From an uncultured archaeon (GTDB lineage Archaea > Asgardarchaeota > Lokiarchaeia > Sigyniarchaeales > SOKP01): a stretch of 29,397 nt of DNA. This document shows, piece by piece, positions 27,122-29,397 of the stretch (position 1 is the stretch's first letter; each line of letters starts with the position of its first letter). The stretch spans positions 1 through 29,397 of the forward strand of contig CAZDTP010000052.1 of NCBI GenBank assembly GCA_964508365.1. The letters are read 5' to 3'. Below the pieces are notes generated by a model. The model did no database searches, had not been told where the DNA came from, and worked only from the letters and a program-made list of their open reading frames with translations. The translations under genes were made by a program, and so were the position numbers.

Positions 27122-28156
27122 TTGAATAAATATATGCTTAAAAAGCTAGCACGCATTAATATAACTATGACAGATACATCAGATGATGATTTCTTAGTTA
27201 GGAAAATTACACCATATAATATTTATCAAACTAAAACGATAGAAGATTTACTTAGATCTTTAAAGAATTGCGGATTTCAAGGAAGAAATCTTGGTAACGC
27301 TTTAGATATCTTGTATAAAATGGTTTCATCTCAAGATGTTATGACAGTGCTAACTTTATCTGGAGCAATGGTTCCTGCTGGAATGGGCGAAATCGTATGT
27401 GCTCTTATTGAACACGACTTAATAGATGTTATAGTAAGTACTGGTGCTAATATTATCCATGATCTTGTTGATGTATTTACGGGTGGTGGCCATTATTTAG
27501 GTACAAGTAAAGTTGATGACGGAGAATTATTCAAACATCGAATCAATAGAATATACGATGTATTTTTACCAGAAACAAATTATAAGACTACAGCAAATGA
27601 AATTTTAATTCTGATAAAAGAGATTTTTGAGAGTAGGAAGATTGATATAACACCCTCGGAATTTTTAAGTAAGCTAGGGGATAAAATAGAAAAACGCTGT
27701 ATCTTATCACTTGCGACAAAACACGGGGTCCCAGTTTTTATTCCCGCATTTTCTGATTCTGAATTAGCTTTGGATTTGATTGTATATTCTTTAAAAGAGA
27801 ACTATGAATTCAAATTTGATATAATCGGTGATGTCATGAAATTTGGTGAACTTATAAAAAAATACAAAGAACATGGTACTTTGATAATCGGTGGCGGCGT
27901 ACCGCGAAATTGGGCTCAACAGATTTTTCCATTATTGGATCAGATTGAAGAGATGGAATCTATAGGATATAAATATTCTGTTAGAATCCATACTGCAACC
28001 GAGTATGATGGAGGACTATCAGGTTGCACAGTATCAGAATCAAAATCTTGGGGGAAATATTCTTTAGAATCTAGTTATGTGAGTGTATGGTGTGACGCTA
28101 CAATTGCTTTACCGATCTTGGTAACTGGACTATTTCAGAAATTACACTTAATTTAA
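27122..28156 (+). CDS. Deoxyhypusine synthase family protein
   Basis: GFQGRNLG, LSGAMVPAG, STGAN, INRIYDV, IGGGVPRNW and GGLSGCTVSESKSWGK with the catalytic Lys. The likely start is ATG 27167. Confidence 0.92.
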   Translation: MNKYMLKKLARINITMTDTSDDDFLVRKITPYNIYQTKTIEDLLRSLKNCGFQGRNLGNALDILYKMVSSQDVMTVLTLSGAMVPAGMGEIVCALIEHDLIDVIVSTGANIIHDLVDVFTGGGHYLGTSKVDDGELFKHRINRIYDVFLPETNYKTTANEILILIKEIFESRKIDITPSEFLSKLGDKIEKRCILSLATKHGVPVFIPAFSDSELALDLIVYSLKENYEFKFDIIGDVMKFGELIKKYKEHGTLIIGGGVPRNWAQQIFPLLDQIEEMESIGYKYSVRIHTATEYDGGLSGCTVSESKSWGKYSLESSYVSVWCDATIALPILVTGLFQKLHLI

Positions 28157-28223
28157 AAAGAAAAATTAAAAAGAAGAAAAAAAAATATTATTAAAACCTT
28201 AGTGGTATCTGATTATGCGTTGT

Positions 28224-28349
28224 CTAACTATAGAAATCTAAAGTATCTTCGTCTTCATCTTCCCATTCTTCATTATCATCGTCGTCTTCATCTTCCCAAT
28301 CTTCTTCATCTTTACCTGTAAGATTTTCTACCATATCATCTACACACAT
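28224..28349 (-). CDS. 41-aa highly acidic Trp-containing microprotein (below the ORF-track cutoff)
   Basis: MCVDDMVENLTGKDEEDWEDEDDDDNEEWEDEDEDTLDFYS*. A T-rich tract lies downstream (28160-28185) and a TTTAAATA box lies upstream. Confidence 0.65.
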   Translation of the reverse strand: MCVDDMVENLTGKDEEDWEDEDDDDNEEWEDEDEDTLDFYS

Positions 28350-28753
28350 CCTTTAACCAATCTTTTTATTTTTTGATTTAACTGAAATTGAAATTAATAG
28401 GAGTTTCTAAGTATCTACAAAGTATTATTAACTATTTAAACATTCTGCTTTAATTATTCATGTTCTTAAATGAGTGAAACATTTAAAAATATAAAAAACT
28501 TTAAAAATGAAGAATTAGCGAATGAGTGTTTATCTCTCGCATATTAGGGGATTTATATTAAGTTTTATTGTCCAATCTCTCTTTTCAGATACTTTTATAA
28601 TAGATTACTTATGTAGAGTTAATCCTGAATTTAGAATTCAAAATTTTTCGAACTAAAGAATAGTCGCTTTCAAACCCATTCAAATTTTTTAAACAAATAT
28701 AGAACAGGTTATTTAATGAGTTTTAGAAAGTAAAATTACTCTTTTGTTGAAGT

Positions 28754-29397
28754 TCACTCTTTTTCAGTTTTATCCACCTGTTTCAATAAGTATTTAGAAA
28801 AAATATTCATATAAAGGCATTCTTCTGGCGCCATTTCGGGAGTTGATATTGGATGTTCTGTAAATTCAACATTACTATTTCTGATGATCACAAAAGGTGT
28901 TCTTTGATCTGCCTCACTTAGTAAAAATTGTGCAGCGCTAGCTAAATCATCAGCTATAGCCCTCTTTGTGATTTCCATCGGACGATTGAATAAATCAGGA
29001 TGTCCTATTAAATCTTCGATTGGTTCAAATCCAGCTGTTGCGATAGCAATTCCTATCGTACCCTTCCTTAAAGGCTGAACTCTTGAGTCAGCAATAATTA
29101 AACCAAGATCCTTTAGATTGTATTTCCTTTTAAGACTATCGCGATATTCCCAAACTACTTTCTTTAAGTTGTTTGGTAGTAATACAACCTTATTAGGTCC
29201 AGCATTAGATTGATCTATTCCTGCATTAGCGATTAAGAAATCATTGACTTTTGCCAATATTACATGCGTCATTCCACCTAAAATCATTGATGCCTCCCTA
29301 ATTATTAGTTCTACATACCTTTCGTCCATGTCGTAAAGTTTAGATAGTTTTTTTGCCTCTAGAGAGATTCTTTTTACATCGGCTAAACTAACTACTC
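28754..29397 (-). CDS. cofE: Coenzyme F420-0:L-glutamate ligase (CofE) family protein, 5' partial
   Basis: ANAGIDQSN, IIADSRVQPLRKGTIGIAIA, DLFNRPM and AIADDLASAA...TPFVIIR. The frame stays open to the window edge. Confidence 0.82.
   Translation of the reverse strand, partial: VVSLADVKRISLEAKKLSKLYDMDERYVELIIREASMILGGMTHVILAKVNDFLIANAGIDQSNAGPNKVVLLPNNLKKVVWEYRDSLKRKYNLKDLGLIIADSRVQPLRKGTIGIAIATAGFEPIEDLIGHPDLFNRPMEITKRAIADDLASAAQFLLSEADQRTPFVIIRNSNVEFTEHPISTPEMAPEECLYMNIFSKYLLKQVDKTEKE

Noticed and set aside
1-29397. CRISPR arrays, rRNA/tRNA genes, IS elements, selenoprotein genes
   Set aside because: By eye I found no regularly spaced repeats, no GC-rich structured RNA, no transposase or terminal inverted repeats, and no in-frame TGA at a conserved Cys position.

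Overview
AT-rich archaeal chromosomal window, most consistent with an Asgard (Lokiarchaeia-like) genome. This is inferred from a stand-alone Roadblock/LC7 gene, archaeal-type AsnRS, PdaD, deoxyhypusine synthase and CofE genes, GGTGA Shine-Dalgarno motifs and U-rich terminators. The left ~4.5 kb looks like decayed accessory DNA. It holds a frameshifted D5/P4-type primase-helicase, a PAS histidine kinase with a high-GC 384-bp tandem duplication, a receiver gene without a canonical start, a membrane-protein pseudogene and an orphan DNA methyltransferase. The middle has two tandem coiled-coil paralogs with a SHOCT-like tail that appear to start at ATT, a PC4-like protein, and an acyl-CoA cluster (Fe-S protein, crotonase, MenB/BadI, Hbd) interrupted by an antitoxin whose PIN toxin is mostly deleted. 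A 57-aa B-box-like zinc finger abuts a GIY-YIG nuclease gene. The right end carries asnS-gatA-gatB (gatB frameshifted near its 3' end, no gatC), divergent pdaD and DHS genes, a 41-aa Trp-acidic microprotein and a partial cofE-like gene. I recognised no rRNA, tRNA or CRISPR array. All family assignments come from motif recognition by eye, not from database searches.
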